Below, one piece after another: positions 10,206-24,883 of a DNA stretch of 64,000 nt. The notes beneath the pieces were generated by a model. The model had not been told where the DNA came from. It made no database searches and saw only the letters and a list, made by a program, of their open reading frames with translations. Source of the DNA: Blasia pusilla (lineage: Eukaryota). Every line of letters begins with the position of its first letter. The stretch's first letter is position 1. The translations under genes and the position numbers were made by a program. The DNA is taken from positions 29,946,001 through 30,010,000 of the forward strand of contig CM114271.1 in assembly GCA_050084515.1 (NCBI GenBank), in the 5' to 3' direction.

Positions 10206-13200
10206 AGCGCCTAGAGATGTGTGTGTGAATTTTTTTGGTGTGTTTTTTGTTCAGAAGACCATAAGAGGTAGCGTTGCCCATTTTTCATGGGTTTTTCTCA
10301 TAGTAGAATTGTGTAGGGCAGAAGCAAGGTATCTGAGAATTTTGCTCCGGTGTAGCACCGAGGAATCATCATGGAAAGAGTGGTATGTGTCAAGAGATAA
10401 GAGGAAGAGTTTTAGGGCTTGCAGCCGCCCAAAAAGGGGGCTATCAAGTAAAGGGCGGTTGAACTAGGTTTATGGCGGCTAGGTCAGCTAGAGTTTGGTA
10501 TCTGAACATAATTGGTTCATGTCACAAGAATTTTTTAGGTCGCGCATGATACGAATGTCGTGTTAGGTCAACTCAGAGTTGTCCGCGTAAGGAAGAAGAG
10601 GAAACGGAAAACACTTAGTTGTCATAGCCATGGGTTGCCTTGCGCGGGTGCGGCGGACCTATGAAGACGATATACAAAAATCAAAAGGCATAAGGACTTG
10701 TGCAAGGGGACGGAAACCAAGCGGATGGGAAAGGAGAAGGCGTGGTCACGGCTGCATATGAAGCCGTGTCGTGGTCTAGGTGTGGCAGGCCATGCATAGG
10801 GTAATGTGTAAATTGCGGGAAGGGGAGTTCATGGCAGGACAACCAAGAGCGTAGATGCGATATAGCGGCAAAGGCAGGGTTTGTTCACTCATGGCTAAAG
10901 CAAGTTGACGGAGGTATAAGGGAGACGGGGACGTCGCGTAACGGCGTCTAAGAAAGTGGGAGCATTGAAGGGATGAGTATCTGCATAGGGCCATACGCTC
11001 GAAGAGAGGGGGGTGCAGATAAAGTTGCAACAAAGGTTTGCAAGTCGGACGAAGACATAAACAAGAGAGAGGTAGTGTTGGTTGCAGGCTCGAGAGAGTA
11101 CAGGCTCAGATAGAAGGAAGCCAAGGGGTGCTCCTGCATAGGGATGTGGGCTGCAGTGTTGATGGAGGTAGCTACGACATGTGTGAGAGCCATGTTGTGT
11201 GCATAAGCAGTTGGAAGTAGTAAGAGGGGCTCCATGTGGTGAGGCAATGAATACTTAGTTTGTAGAGCAATACATTGTGAACGGTTGATATAGTTAGGCA
11301 TTGGACGTAGTACGTTGGTGATTGGAGAGCTTCTTGGTTAGGGGGGGTTTCAATTTTCCCCATAGTAGTAGGAGGTGTTGCGATGAGGGACGTCCAATTG
11401 GGATCTTGAGTTCAACGATAAAGTATTCATTTGCTAGTTTTTTGCCGATTGGTGTTGAGAGGGGTGATGTATATTTCCAAATTGTGATGGAGTGCTACAG
11501 GTGGAGACACATACACTGATGTTGATAGATAGTCCACATCTATTTATGGGAGGTTTGAAGTGTGCTCGAGGAGATTCTCCGGCTAGGGAAGCTGCCACAC
11601 CACATGGAGTAGTGAGTGTTGACCATGTAATAGAGTGATGGGGGGCGTGTTAACATTATCCATTCAAATCCCTTTTCTCACATTTGTCTTGTGTCATTGG
11701 GGGTGTTGGGTATCAAGTAGAGCTTAGGCTAGATGGATGTAGTGCTGGTGACGGGGTGTATGTGTAGCATATTTGTGGTTATAGGGCGGTTGTCCAACTA
11801 GGGGTTGCGTGCATGATCCGAGAGGGAGTATCCATAGCGTAGGTGAGCTAGTTCGGGAGGCTCAGGGTGAGCTGAGTGTTGAGTGTGCGTGAGGCCTGGT
11901 GTGTTATCACGGGATCGATATTAGCTTAAGTGAGTTGGTATGGAGTGTTGGAGACTCTTGGGGAGTTTGAGTGCTTGAGCGTGTAAGGCAGGATTGTCAT
12001 CACGACATTCTTCTACAATTCGGAAGAATGGGATAGTTGGAGCAGTGGTAGCGATGGTAATTGGATTGCTATGATAGGACATATGGTCTGGTGACAAGAT
12101 TGCAGATGGAGACAATGTCATGTACATGTGGAGGGTGATGGATGATATGAGCCATTGGGGCATGCATCGTTCTTGGATGTGGTAGGCACCATCAACTTAG
12201 ATGATTTCATCCAAGAGTTTGACACATGGTGTGACCTCCAAAAGATACGAGCCCTTATGTTGTTAAAGCCTTTCATGGCTTGGAAGGGTTTGTTTCAACA
12301 CTAAGAGGGTCTTGCAATGGATGATTATATGGAGTTTGGGTCTTTACACTTAGTAGAGATCAATGCATGGAGGATGTATTGGGCTCCCGTATATATATCC
12401 ACATATGAGGTGTATCAAGGGAGAGTAAGAGAGGGTAGACCTACACCATCAACCCAGAAACTAGATGGAGATGATGGCAATGATGGTGGCAAGGTGGCAA
12501 AGATCTCAAGTGCTACAGCACCACCTTCTTTCAGTCCTACAGTGGACTTGTTTCAACTGTTGGGGAGGACCTACCTAGGCCTATGGACCGACAAGCTTAA
12601 GAGTCTACATGATTTCTAGTGGAGATCGGCTGAGAGGCATTCATGCGCATGCAATGATTGATCATTGCCACACATGGAGTGATTGAGGCACAATCAGAGC
12701 AGTATTGGTATAGGGTTCTGGAACGGGAATTACAAAGGAGAGTATGAGATGCAATTTTATTTCCCACAGCCCACATTGAAGGTGGTCTTTGAATTAATTG
12801 AGTAGATTGAGCTCAACATGAGTGAGGAGCAGGTCGTTACCATAGGACTTTCTCGAGAGTCAACGAGTCCACAAGTAGTAGCAGCCCCTTAGGTGCCCCA
12901 GTACCACGGGAGCCGGCCGGTGTGCTTAGAGAGTATCATGAGCCCATGAGACAATGACCCATGCGTACTAATATCCGTTGCCTCGCACGGATCGAAGATG
13001 GCTTGTTGGACGTGTGCTGGATCCCATAGGCTGAGGGAATACCCACAACATGGCAAAGGATCGAGGGAACCTATGATCTCTTATAAGCCACGTAAGATGG
13101 GCCCACCACAATTGCATTGTGACGATTTTCACCGATATGTTTTGATGTTCGTTGAGAGCTACGTCGATAAGTAGGTTGAGGGCCACAAGGTAAGAGAGTT

Positions 13201-14440
13201 GGTGGAGATCAAGGAGTTGAGTATTGGGTGGTAGAGTTCCATCCTCAGTCAAAGGAGATGGAGGACGTGCACCCGATGAAGTGCTCCTCACTTGCATCGA
13301 TATGTTGAAGAAAAGGATTGCTGCCATGACAATGTTGCAACTAGTGACAAATACGGAGCCGAGACAAGCTACTTTGGCTCCATTCTCTACATCATATCAA
13401 GATACGAGGGAGGATTATACATATTTGAGGTTCATATGCAGTGCAGCTCAGGTAGAGGCTGATGTGGTGGTGACTCGGTGCTACAAGAGTGATGGAGCCA
13501 CATAGAGGTAGGGTTGAAATAGACCCACAAGAGGGAACCGATGGGCAACACGCTAGGATTCCCCAATCATTTGTGTAGTCAGAGATACAACATACACCAT
13601 CGATGGTGTCCATAGAGTGTCCACGTGTGAGTAAGGTGCGTCGACGTCACGAGGAGTTGGAGAGAAGACTCCTATTGCAGCTCGAGTGGAGCCAATGTCG
13701 ACCAAGTTGTTGGAAATGCCTACTAGGATGATTCAAGCACAATTATTTTCCGCCATGGAGTTGGTGTCAATAGGAGTTAGACCATTGGAGATATTTCAGC
13801 TAGCTACCATGTTGTGTGAGCATGGAAAGGTGATTTCCTCTCATTCAGAGGTGGTGGACATATCCTCGGAGCAAGTGCTTGGGGCGCCTCCCACTCACTC
13901 ATGGAAGGTTGCGATGAAGAAGTTGGTAGATATATCAGCTACGCCAACGATAGAGCGAGCTATGGTGACACCTGATGTGGTGTTCTTGGACAACCAAGTT
14001 GGATTTTTTTGTTTGGTTAGTCCCACGGGTAAAATGTATCATCACACTACGTCCAACTTGATTTCGGACGTATCCCTTGATGTTAAGGAAGGCTGCATGT
14101 TTGGCGTTAGGGTTACATAAAGGCGACATTGAGCCTATTCTATTGGGGGCGTGTTATCCACATAATACATGACTCAACAAGAGATAGTTGTCAAGCTCCA
14201 ATCTGAGCACTATTTAAGCATGGGCTAGATAGTACACACTTGTGCGATTACAATACCAACAGAGTCGTATGATGTATTAGTAGGAAGTACAATGTTGTAT
14301 CCCTTGGTTTCAACCTTGATTTTTGTTAGAAGACAATTTATAGTGGTGTTCGACCTCGTGAGGATACAGTGATCACGTTGGCAACATCCACAAGTGGTGT
14401 TAGCTGGCCAAAAGAGTTGTTGGAGGGAAACCCACATGCA
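10206..14440 (+). mobile_element. Older, inverted relative of subfamily A (leader, gag, protease); 5'-truncated and ending just before the DNMT
   Basis: 10206-10300 matches the reverse complement of 9580-9660; ORF 12317-12619 (MDDYMEF...WRMYWAP) and ORF 13686-14120 align to the gag/protease region of the young copy. Confidence 0.88.
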
Positions 14441-14529
14441 GAGGTTCGATTTCCCCCTCAGAACCTCACTCCACTCCGTGCAAGCTCTTCCAAACTTCTT
14501 CCAGGGTTCAAGACTCTAGAAGAACGCCT

Positions 14530-17035
14530 TGTTGGAAAACCTACCTCACATGCTCAAGCACTCATACTCACCAAGAGTCTTCCACACTCCTAATGTGTGG
14601 AACACTCTTGGTGAGTCTTCCACACATTAGGAGTGTGAGTCTAATGCTAATTCCTTGATGATATACCCAACCTCATACGCACTCAACACTCGAGTTTACC
14701 CTAAGCCTCCCAATGCAAACTAGCTCACCTAAGCTATTGACAATCTCTTAGGTCATACGTACAACCCCAACTATGGAAAGCACCCTTTATCCACAAACAT
14801 GCTACATGCGCAAGGAATCTACACTCAACACCATTGCTACACCCATCTAGTTAAAGCTCTACTCAATACCCTCAATGATACGAGATAAGTGCGAGAAAAG
14901 AGACTCCACTGGGTAACCTTAATACGGACATCATCACTCTACTACACGATTAGCATTGATTGGCCCATATGGTGTGTCAACCTTGTAGCATGAAAATCTC
15001 CTGAAATAGCATATGAAACCTTCGGTTAATGGTTGTAGACTACCCGTCATCATCAACGCATGTGTCTGCACCACTGACACTCCCTTGGAAAATCTCAGCA
15101 CGGATCACTGATCTCACCTCGAGTTAGCACAATGCAACTAAATCAAACTCTCTTAATGACTATTAGGGCTGGCAAAGCTTGTCACAAATCATAATCCCCG
15201 CTTGAAAACACCAAGTCGCAAAAATATATCCTAAAAATATGGAAAAGCTATCCAACCACGTCAGCCCATCTTACCAAGTATCAACCATGAACATAACCAT
15301 GTAGTAGCTCAATCACGTATGACCTTCAACCACACTCGACTCCCAACCTCATAAGCATGACCACTTTGCAACCTCCCTTCACCGAGTTGAACTTGTTTTG
15401 TGCTTACTGATTAAAGAACCACGTCTGTCCTCTTCCAAATCCTTCTCTTGATCAAGATTGCTTGCATGCCTATGCCTATCCAAGCCCTACACGAGCCCCT
15501 ATGGCTAACCTCTAATTGACCCCTCAATTTTGCCGCCGATGTGTCTCAGCTCTCCTTCCATCGACCTCCACGTGACTCTAGCAGCATGGGGCCTTATGCA
15601 CCTCCCACTACCTTTGGAGCCATAATGGCTCCCTCTTTCCCCTCATGGACCTCCTGCCACAATAGCTACACATCGGCTCTCATGCTCTTTCGCAATCGTG
15701 TACTCTATCCAGCCATTTGTGACCCTCCTTCTGGCACAATCGACACTTCGTACATGCCGCCCTATGCAGCATTGACCCCCTTTCCCTATTTTCTTGGAGC
15801 CATAACGGCTCCTCCTAGCCTCCTTCCAAAATTCGTCTTAGCCTCCTTCAAACTTGATTAAGGCAGTTCTCTTCCCGGATTCCCGGTCACTCAACTCCCT
15901 CCTCCGTTGTTGCTACCATATGTGCAACTCAATCATATGTTTGGGTGCCTCCATCCAGCCCTCATACGCAAGCGCACTCAGTCCTACTTCTTGACTTCCT
16001 ACATACGTTGTACGCACCTTCATAAGACACTAGCCTACTTACTCGTATGGATGTGCGTCCCTCTTTAGTGGACGGCTATCATGCCACTTCTACATCCTTG
16101 TCCGCCTATGCGTCCATCAACTTGCAGGCCAAGGTTGCATATGGAAAAATTTTGTTTTGGTATGTCCATGGGCATGTCTAAACTTTTCCGTCCATGCCCG
16201 TCCTAGGGACTGACTTGTCCAATTTTATGCAACAATGTTGCCGCCCTTAGGCTCGCATCTGCATGAAGCCCTAGTGGATTGCTTCCCTATGAGCTTGCAT
16301 GTCCTCTAACACCGCATGTAGTTGTTTCTTCAACATGTGTTACCCGGTTCACAACTTGTGAGATCCAAACTCGGCTCCATCGTCCTCTCAACCTACTTGG
16401 CCCTTGCAACCTTTGACCTTGCAACACCTAGGCTTCGGCCACTGGCTCTCTTCTTGTAACCTAACCCTAGCCTGACCTAGCCAAAATTTCCCCTTTCCCC
16501 CTCCCATCTTTCTCATGTAAAATTGCAGTAAAAATTGAGTGCAAGGCCAACTTGACTCGGGAATCTACATCGGCATATCAAGTCACATCCACCGTGAGCT
16601 ATGAGGGAATCCATACGCTAGCACCCTAGCTCCTACCACACACAAAGTAGCAAGAGAGATGCTCCAAAGGCCCAATATGAGAAAGATGGCTTGAGAAACC
16701 CATCTCTCCCTCTCTTATAGCCATCCCCATGGTAACCTACGTGGGTAGGTTATCAGGTGACCCTTGACCCTTGACCCTCTATGTCATCAACGTAGTAGAA
16801 GTGTACCTACCGGGTAACTAAGATGTAGCAAGTATCGTGCGCATACATGCTGCTACATAATCCACACCATACAACTGCGATCTTTCCAATACATTGGTAG
16901 ATCAACATAAAAAAAGTACTCTTATGTATATAAATCAAAATCATCCAACCACCCCCTAGCTACCAATTGGATCCCCCTAACTCTAGATAGAAAAGATCAC
17001 CTCTACCTGACATGATCTACTACTCTATACACATT
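14530..17035 (-). mobile_element. Decayed subfamily A tandem remnant: 3' end (16833-17035), LTR (16516-16830), leader and gag start
   Basis: 14530-14925 resembles 8770-9120; 16500-16830 resembles 9710-10205; 16833-17035 resembles 1342-1565. Confidence 0.8.
16130..16237. mobile_element. 108-bp MITE of the hAT-like family
   Basis: TIRs CAAGGTTGCATA / TATGCAACAATG; flanking 8-mers TTGCAGGC / TTGCCGCC (6/8). Confidence 0.7.
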
Positions 17036-17049
17036 TAGCACCGTCAATG

Positions 17050-18020
17050 TTGTCATTCCTTCAGGATCTCCCAACACTTGCACCCACTGAACTATCTCAT
17101 CTATCTCCAGCTAGAGGTATCGATGTATCTGTACATCGTCCTATAACATTGGAGCTAACCTCTATGTTGATCCCTCCAAAGATCTCTGGTACTCTTGCAC
17201 CCTCCTCCCACCACTGCCACTCCACATGTGTGGTATCCAAAGATATCAAGTCTCCACTCCAAGACCACAACCCTCACTTGACTTTGTCTCCTCTGAGAAA
17301 CAGGCATTGCTCCACACCTGCCTCACAAGCTCGTTTGCATTCCTCTGAAAAATGATGGTCTCCACATCATGGGAAGAGACAGCCATCCTCGGATGTCTCT
17401 CCAATGTCGACCATATTATTGGAGATGGCCACTAGGATGAGCTAGGCTCCATTACTTTCCACCATGGACTTGGTAGCGATGGGAGTTGGACCAATATAGG
17501 TCTTCTGACTAGCAACCAGGCTGTGTGGGTGTTGAGAGGCAACTGCCTCTCCACACCCAAGAAGTTGGTGGACCTGCCCTCGCAATAGGTACTTGGTACT
17601 TCCTCCACTAAGTCATGATAGGTCACAACGGCTAAGTTGGCGGATATGCCACCTAGGCTTGTGATAGTGCAAGCCGTGATGACACTAGGTGTAGTTTTGT
17701 TTGATAATTGGACTAGAGTCTTTTGCTTGGTTAATCCCTACGGTACAATACATCATGCATGGTAGGTTCTACTTGATTAAGGAGCGCATCCCTTGATGTT
17801 AGGGAAGGCGGTGTGTTTAGAATAAGGATTATAGAAAGGTGACATTGATGCTCATCCCTTTCAAATATATACCTCTATTGGGAGCATATAATCCGCGCAA
17901 TACATGAATCTACAAGAGTTAGTAGTCAAACTCTAGCCAGAGCATGCGTTAGATGGTGCGATAGAGTGTACTCGTGCAATAACGACACCGGTAGAGTTGT
18001 ATGGCATAGTTGGTAGGGAG
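17050..18020. mobile_element. Rearranged fragments of the DNMT-Gypsy family: DNMT motif I region (-, about 17050-17415) and protease region (+, about 17420-18020)
   Basis: gatccctccaaagatct...cactgccactccacatgtgtggtatc matches about 5825-5895; ccttgatgttagggaaggc matches the PLMLGKA coding sequence in the opposite orientation. Confidence 0.7.
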
Positions 18021-20138
18021 TATGGTTTTGTTTGCAAGTGTGTTTCAAGTCATTTTTTTATGCATGGTATTTGCAATTTATGAGTCATTTGTAAGGCACA
18101 CTCATAAATCTCAATATGGGGTGTTTGTGAGTCTTTTGCATTTCGTAGGACTTGTAAACGCATGGGACTTGCAACTTGATGATATTTGACTTGCAAACTA
18201 TATTTTACTCGAAAATGAATCACACAAAGTGGATTCACAAATCTCAACTATCAAAGTAGTCACAATCGTGGAAAGGACTCATATGATGATAAATGTGCAC
18301 CTCTCATGGATTTAAAAAAAATATAAACGAGGGTCTAAGATGAGGAGTGTATTTTTTTCCCCATTTTTTGTCTATCATGCATACATGACTATGATGACCA
18401 ATGATAATTTCAATTATATATACTTGCTTATGATTTCTTATGATTTTTTATCACAAGAAAAATTGAAAGCATAGAGGTTTTATTTTCCATTTTCTATATG
18501 AATGGTTATGACAAGAAATATGGGATGATGTGATGTTGAGAGGAAGGAAGGAGGGGTTTGTTCTTATTTTTAGAATAAGGATGCTGGATTTTGAGGGGGA
18601 TTAATTTTTTCTAAAATAAATCAGAAATAAATTTTAATATTTCTTTAAAAATTAGTGCAGTGACTAAGTACTTAGGTTTAGAGGTTGGGCATTTTCAAAA
18701 TAAAGGGAAGGATTTGTTCTCTTTAAAATGTGGATTAATGGATGCTTTCAAAATGAAGAAGCGGCAATCTAAGGATTCAACCTCATTTTGAACTCCTTTG
18801 CTTGTTCTTCCTTTGACAACGAAGAGGAGGAAAACCATAAAGTGGAATTTTATCCTCGCGCCTATTCATCATCGGGTTAGGTTTTGGAGGGGGAAAGTCG
18901 AGTTAAGGGGTCAGAAAAACTTGGGAAAAAATTTAGCTCCGATCTGGATTTGAAGACACAACTTGCTCTCTACCAAGGGGAGAGGTTGCCACTACACTAC
19001 ACTCTCCTGCACATTGGAGTTGGGTACATGAACATTTTAGTCTTGCTTTGCAAGAAAATTTGGAAGAGGACCGAGGGTTAACTAACTCAACCTCGGCTTA
19101 GAAAACCCGAGGATGAATAGACGTAACGGGATTTTATTGATATCACATGAGTAGTTTAAAGTTATATCAACCATACCCATGAGAATTTTTTTTCGAGAAC
19201 TCTATAGTTTAAACAAGCCATAATGGTTTAATGGTCCATATGATGCAATAAAGAATCCATTACAACCCTTTGCATATGTATTTGGGAATGAGGGAAGTGG
19301 TTGTATTTAGGCTTGTATCCATAGACACAATGCGTGTGGATTCTTGAAAGACTTTCTATAGAAAGGGAGTATTTTTTTTTCCGAACTCCACATTTCAAGT
19401 TGATGGGATTTTGGAAATTTTGACATTTGCAGAAAATTAAAGATTTTTCCTTCCACAAGACTTATATTTTAGGGGAAGGCCTATGCATGGAAGCCTACAA
19501 GGGCCTACATTAGCTTTTATTTTACGAGTATAATTAAAAGCATAAAAGTTTGTGAAGTGGAATTTAATGGCTACAGAGATGTTCGTGGAAAAAAATGCAA
19601 GCAGGTTGGATAAAACCTACATAGAAGAGTGTATGTTTCTATGTATCTCCAACATATGAATCTCCCTTAAAGTAAACGTGTGTCCAACAAGTAACTACAA
19701 GGTAAAAGCATAGAAGCATATTGATGACTTAATAGATATCAACACAAATAATGAGTTGGCACAAAAATAAGGAAAGGAAACAAGGCCCAAACATAGAACT
19801 TAGAACACCTCTTGAATGAATAAGAATCTGTTCCTGGAAAAGAACTTATAAAGATATGTGGAATAAGATGTTCCATTCAAAGCGGCACCAAGACAATAGT
19901 TTGGCATTGACGAATCCCCATAAGGTGGAAAATTTTGACTCATGTTTCTCTAAGCAAGAACATTAAGCTTTGAGTTGCAAGAGTTGTAGTCTCAAAGTAG
20001 TGGGTGGTCGAAACACCAATAGTAGTAGTGGGCCAATACCAACATGTTAGTCCATCTTGTGCCCTTGTTTCTACCCCCATGGTTCGTAACGCGGGGTTCA
20101 TGCTCCAAGTCCCTTGGAAACCCTCACCCTTATATGTA

Positions 20139-20142
<4 letters not shown>

Positions 20143-20168
<26 letters not shown>
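20143..20168. repeat. (TA)n microsatellite
   Basis: About 13 TA units. Confidence 0.95.
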
Positions 20169-20169
<1 letters not shown>

Positions 20170-20423
20170 GATATCTCCTTATTCCAAAAAAAATCCTTTT
20201 GGACCTCTCCTTGTTGCATTCAACGAGACTATGCTTTTTATAGTTGTGGGTATGTTTCAAGAGTTCAACATGTGCATTTGTCTATGTGTTTGATGGGTTG
20301 GGCATTTGGTAGTTTTCCACATTTGAGGTTAGGACAACCAAATCCAAGATACGTTTGTGATGAATAAACATCACAAACGTAACTACCAAATGCTCAATCA
20401 GTTTCCAACCTAGTCATGAGGCT

Positions 20424-20515
20424 CATGGTTGCACAAAAATGGACAATTATGTCCTTAGGATTGATATGGACACACAAGTTTGGACACGACCACGGACATG
20501 GATTGCAAAACATGG
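20424..20515. mobile_element. Partial copy of the hAT-like MITE family
   Basis: CATGGTTGCACAAAAATGGAC terminus and repeated GGAC motifs; other end not clear. Confidence 0.5.
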
Positions 20516-23500
20516 GGCCCACATTTGTAGTTCATGGAGAACGTAACATAGCTAAAGAAGAAACAAGAGAGAGCCAAAACGTGTGATGAGAACGAGCATA
20601 GGGGAAGGAGGGAGACCAAGTTGCCAAGCCTCTAAATAGGTTTGCACATTCCTCTCTCTCGTCTCTTATTACATGTAGAACTCACACTAGTACATGTCAT
20701 TTTGGCTCATAGTAACAGTCTTAATGAATCCAACTACTGCATCCTTTCCTATGACCCCTTAATTGATTTTACAACATGTAAAAATGCAAATGTTATAGAA
20801 ATCTAGAGAGAATCCATTCATTTTTCGAATTCTTTTCTTCTTGACACTTGTCACTTTCAATCGGTAAGGTCGCTCATCTTTTGAATCAATAAAATTATTC
20901 TAATTCCCATCAAATAAATCATTTCAATTTTATTTTAGACTAAAATTTATTAATTTTTAAAATCAATATAAAATTACTATATCAATAACAACCCTTTACA
21001 AGCTTTCGTAAATTTTTTTCACTTGTCCTCCACTCGAAGGGTCGCAAACTAGCTTAAAGCCGTGCTCGAGACGATTATATGTTTGTACGATTTTGAAATT
21101 AATACACTAATTGACTAATTGGAAGGTGCAGTTCTTGAAGGTGCTCTCTTTCCACTATTTGAACTTATCTCAAAAATACTTTTACCACCTTAACCTGGTT
21201 AAAATTGGTACAGAAAGTCAAATTATTAATGAGGGCCGTGCGATGCATGTACGTTAGAATTCGTTACACCCCTCAAGCACTTTGTAAATTGTTTTCTTAC
21301 GTCTACCTGTGTGTATTAATTATGGCTCCCCTTTAAATCCCGTAAACTGACGGAAACCCGTACATCTTGCTAGCGTACAGAAGTAAGTAAACGATTTGGA
21401 ATACTTTGCAAGTCTTCAAATGAATGAAAGAGTTGTTAGAAGACTGAGAGCGAGCTTTGCGACGATGGACTGATCTCGGAAGACGTGGCGTGTGGGTACG
21501 ACTCCCCTAGTGTAGGGCGCCGCAGTCCACATGAGGCCATCGCTCTAGTCCATGGTACTGCCTTAAACCCTCACAACGACTCGTTGAGCCGTGCAGCGAT
21601 CAATCAATCAAATTGTAGATCCGTCCTGTTTGCGGTCTCTGCCTCGGCAACTCCTACTCGTTTCGTAATGACGAAGCCTAGTACCCACAGGTATACCGTA
21701 GCCTCGTGGATGCAAAAGTAAGGCTGCTAAGGGAACCGGACGCATCTACCACACGCATGGACATATTTAAGTTTTCACCACACGATTCCCACGTTGCACA
21801 TCAAAAGGGTAAAGATCAGTCGTCCAACAACGAGATCAGGCTTAACTGGACGACACTCGGCTTTTCTTTCCCTACGACCAAACAGACACATCGGAAAGTT
21901 CCAAAAGTTTATCTGCTTTTTTCCATTTTGACGGAGAGGGTGGATTTACCGGGTTTGATTTTTCCAACGAACCGGTGTGCGGCCTTTGAGAGAGGAATTA
22001 GAAGTTGAAGTAGTGTGAAGACACGTGGGAAAGCTAGATGATGAATATATGTAGGGGACGTAATGATAAGAAAAAAAATGGGAGTATATTTAGGGGCCGA
22101 AATAACTCGGCGATTTTAAAAGTTTACCGCCTGGTTGCGACCCGCGGAAAACGCCGCGTCCCAGATGGAAACCCTAGGGCAGAAGCAGAATTAGAGTAGA
22201 GAATAGACCGGACCATTTCGCATGTGTCAGATATGCCCGCCCGAGAGATAAACGGAGGACTCATATCCCAGAAACTGAGGTTTCCCGGGTTCTAGAGTCT
22301 ACATGAGACCGAGGACCCTCCGACCCACGAGTCAGAAACGACGGAAGTTTCGGAACCAAGCCCAAATGCACGTGCCTAAAATACGAACTCTCATAGTCCT
22401 CGCCCAAACCTAATTCCATGCCGTTTTCGCGTCCTTCTTCGGACCTTCGCTGTTCCCGACGTCCCGTCACGTCAATGCCCCATGGTCTATTCGAAGTACA
22501 TGGCAAGTCGATTTTGGTATTTTCCTCGAATTTCCAATTTTTCATGAAAATTGGATTAAATTTCGGCGAGAGAGGATTGAAAGTTGAGGCCAACTAATAC
22601 CGAGGCCTTGTGACGGAAGATATTCTTCGTAGATCTATCTAAAATCATGATGCCAAAATGAACGGGACCAAATTGTGATAAAGTGAGTTTTTAAGACGAC
22701 ATTCTAGCAACAAAAGTCTTGGTCTCATCATGTAAGTTATCCAAGTTACTAACGTACTATGGTTACCCTCCGGAATCATTCTTTTGTTCAATTTTATTTT
22801 ACGTTTGTTCAAACTCGATAGATGTAGTCCATGCTAATCCTTAAATGTGTCGAGAGGAAATCTTTTTTAATAATGATGCTAGGAAACATGCAAATTTTGA
22901 AATTTTAAATTTATTTTTTTAAATTTAAATTTAAATTTGATATGGCATTGTGAATAGTTTGAATTACAAGTTGTTTGTGACTTGTGGGCATAAGTTATCT
23001 ATGTATGACGCTCATTTGGAATTCATCTTCCTTCGATTAGATCCTTGTTGGAATCTATGAGATAATGCAATAATGTTGTTGAATTGAGCCTCAATTCTTT
23101 CGGTAAGAGAAAGCTAGGATTGATATGAGATCATATATGGAAATTTTACTGCATATTTTTTTCTCTTGTTGCAACAACTCAATGTTTCTTGAGTGGATAC
23201 TTGGATGAAGCATACCCATTTCATATATGATTTTATATTGGGATGCAACCTATCATTCATGTGTAGATGTATTACAATTCCTGGTTAGATGGATATTAGA
23301 CTTACATACATGACAACCAATGTATGTTGGCAACAATATATATTCAAATGACATTGATGCATGAAAGAAAAATAGAAACTAAATATATAATAGTTTGAAT
23401 AATACCTTAATCATACACTACATATCTACATTTTTTAAAATTATTTTTCTCATGAAGATTACAACATTTTCAAGGGGGCAACACGCTAGTCCTTTCATGA

Positions 23501-24343
23501 CTTGCCCCATTCAACCCAATTGATATCCTCACATGGTGTTGTAACACTAATGAGCAAACATGAGCAAACACGAAACATCATAAATCTAGTGGAGTCATAT
23601 TACCATGGAAATGTTTCAAAGGCTTATGAGTGTGACATGAGTTACAGAAGCGAGATACGCGCCTTGATGGATGTCTTGGATAATTATGGTTATGACTTGG
23701 AAGAGCATAATCCAACTTCGGATAGACCTTCAGAAGAGTTGAAGTCCCAAAAAAGTTAAAATCCAAGGAACTTGGAATCTAGCTTTGAACTTAATTGAGT
23801 ATTTGGGGTTTTCCATATTTAAGGTCATAATTGTTAGTCCCAATATTTATTTGGGATAAATAATGTAGCGTTGGAAAGCTTGTGAGGAGATAACTCTAAA
23901 CACTAAAGATGTGGAAAGATAAAGAAGTAGAAGTATTGAAATGGGCCCAAAAATGTTGGAATGATAGTTTGGGTTGAAGGCTACTATGTTGTTCGCATAC
24001 ACATGATTGGTACACAACATACATCGTTGTCACCAAACATACACGATCCTATACTAACTCATGGAATATACACAATGAGACGGGAAGTACCAAAATATCT
24101 CCAATCGCCCCCCTAGGTGGTGATTAGGTCCCTCTCACTCCAGGTAGCCATCTGTCACTACCTACCATGACACACATCTCTCGGAGGCTAAGAGAAAAAA
24201 TGTGAGGTGCTCATGTGGCCCCATCGTTAGTTGCCTTCTTGTCATCCATGTCACAAACACAAGTCGGAATCTAGAACTATCTACTCTATGTACATTTGAG
24301 ACACATCCATTGTCCCCGAGGAACCCTAGTGAGAGGTGATGTC

Positions 24344-24883
24344 CATGGTTGCACATGGAAAAAGTCCGTATCTACGGACTTACGAGCCCGCATCCAAGCT
24401 CGCACCCGAGCCCACCCGCATCCCATACCCGTTGTGTGGCTGGCAGCTCGGCCTTCTGAAGCCCACACCTGCCCACGCCCGCCTTGTCGGAGCCCGCACG
24501 TGCCCGCCCTAGCCGGCGCTTGCCCGCCCAGAGCTCGCCCTAGCTTGCGCCTAATCAGCCTTGAGCTGATTGCCCGTGCTAGCCCGCGCTAGCCTGCACA
24601 TGCCGGCCTCGATCCCGCACGTTCTTTCCTGGAGCCCGCGTCTGCCCTCCCTAGCCCGCACCCGATAAGTCTTGAGACCGCACTTGCCCGCCTTGAGCTT
24701 GCACCTACCTGCCCACATCCTGCTCCCAATCATCCCGGAGCGTGCGCTAGCCCACCCTAACCGCCCTCTACACCACGTAACGAGTGCCGGCTTTGTCAGC
24801 CCGGGTCTAGGTGGCCGACTCAGAGGCGGGCTTGCGTGTGGGGCGGGGTACGGGCTCGACAGGTCTGTTTTTGTGCAACCTTG
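24344..24883. mobile_element. 540-bp non-autonomous hAT-like DNA transposon inserted in the PHD-coding sequence
   Basis: TIRs CATGGTTGCACA / TGTGCAACCTTG; 8-bp TSD GTGATGTC / GTGGTGTC; the empty site is visible in the paralog at about 49805. Confidence 0.88.
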
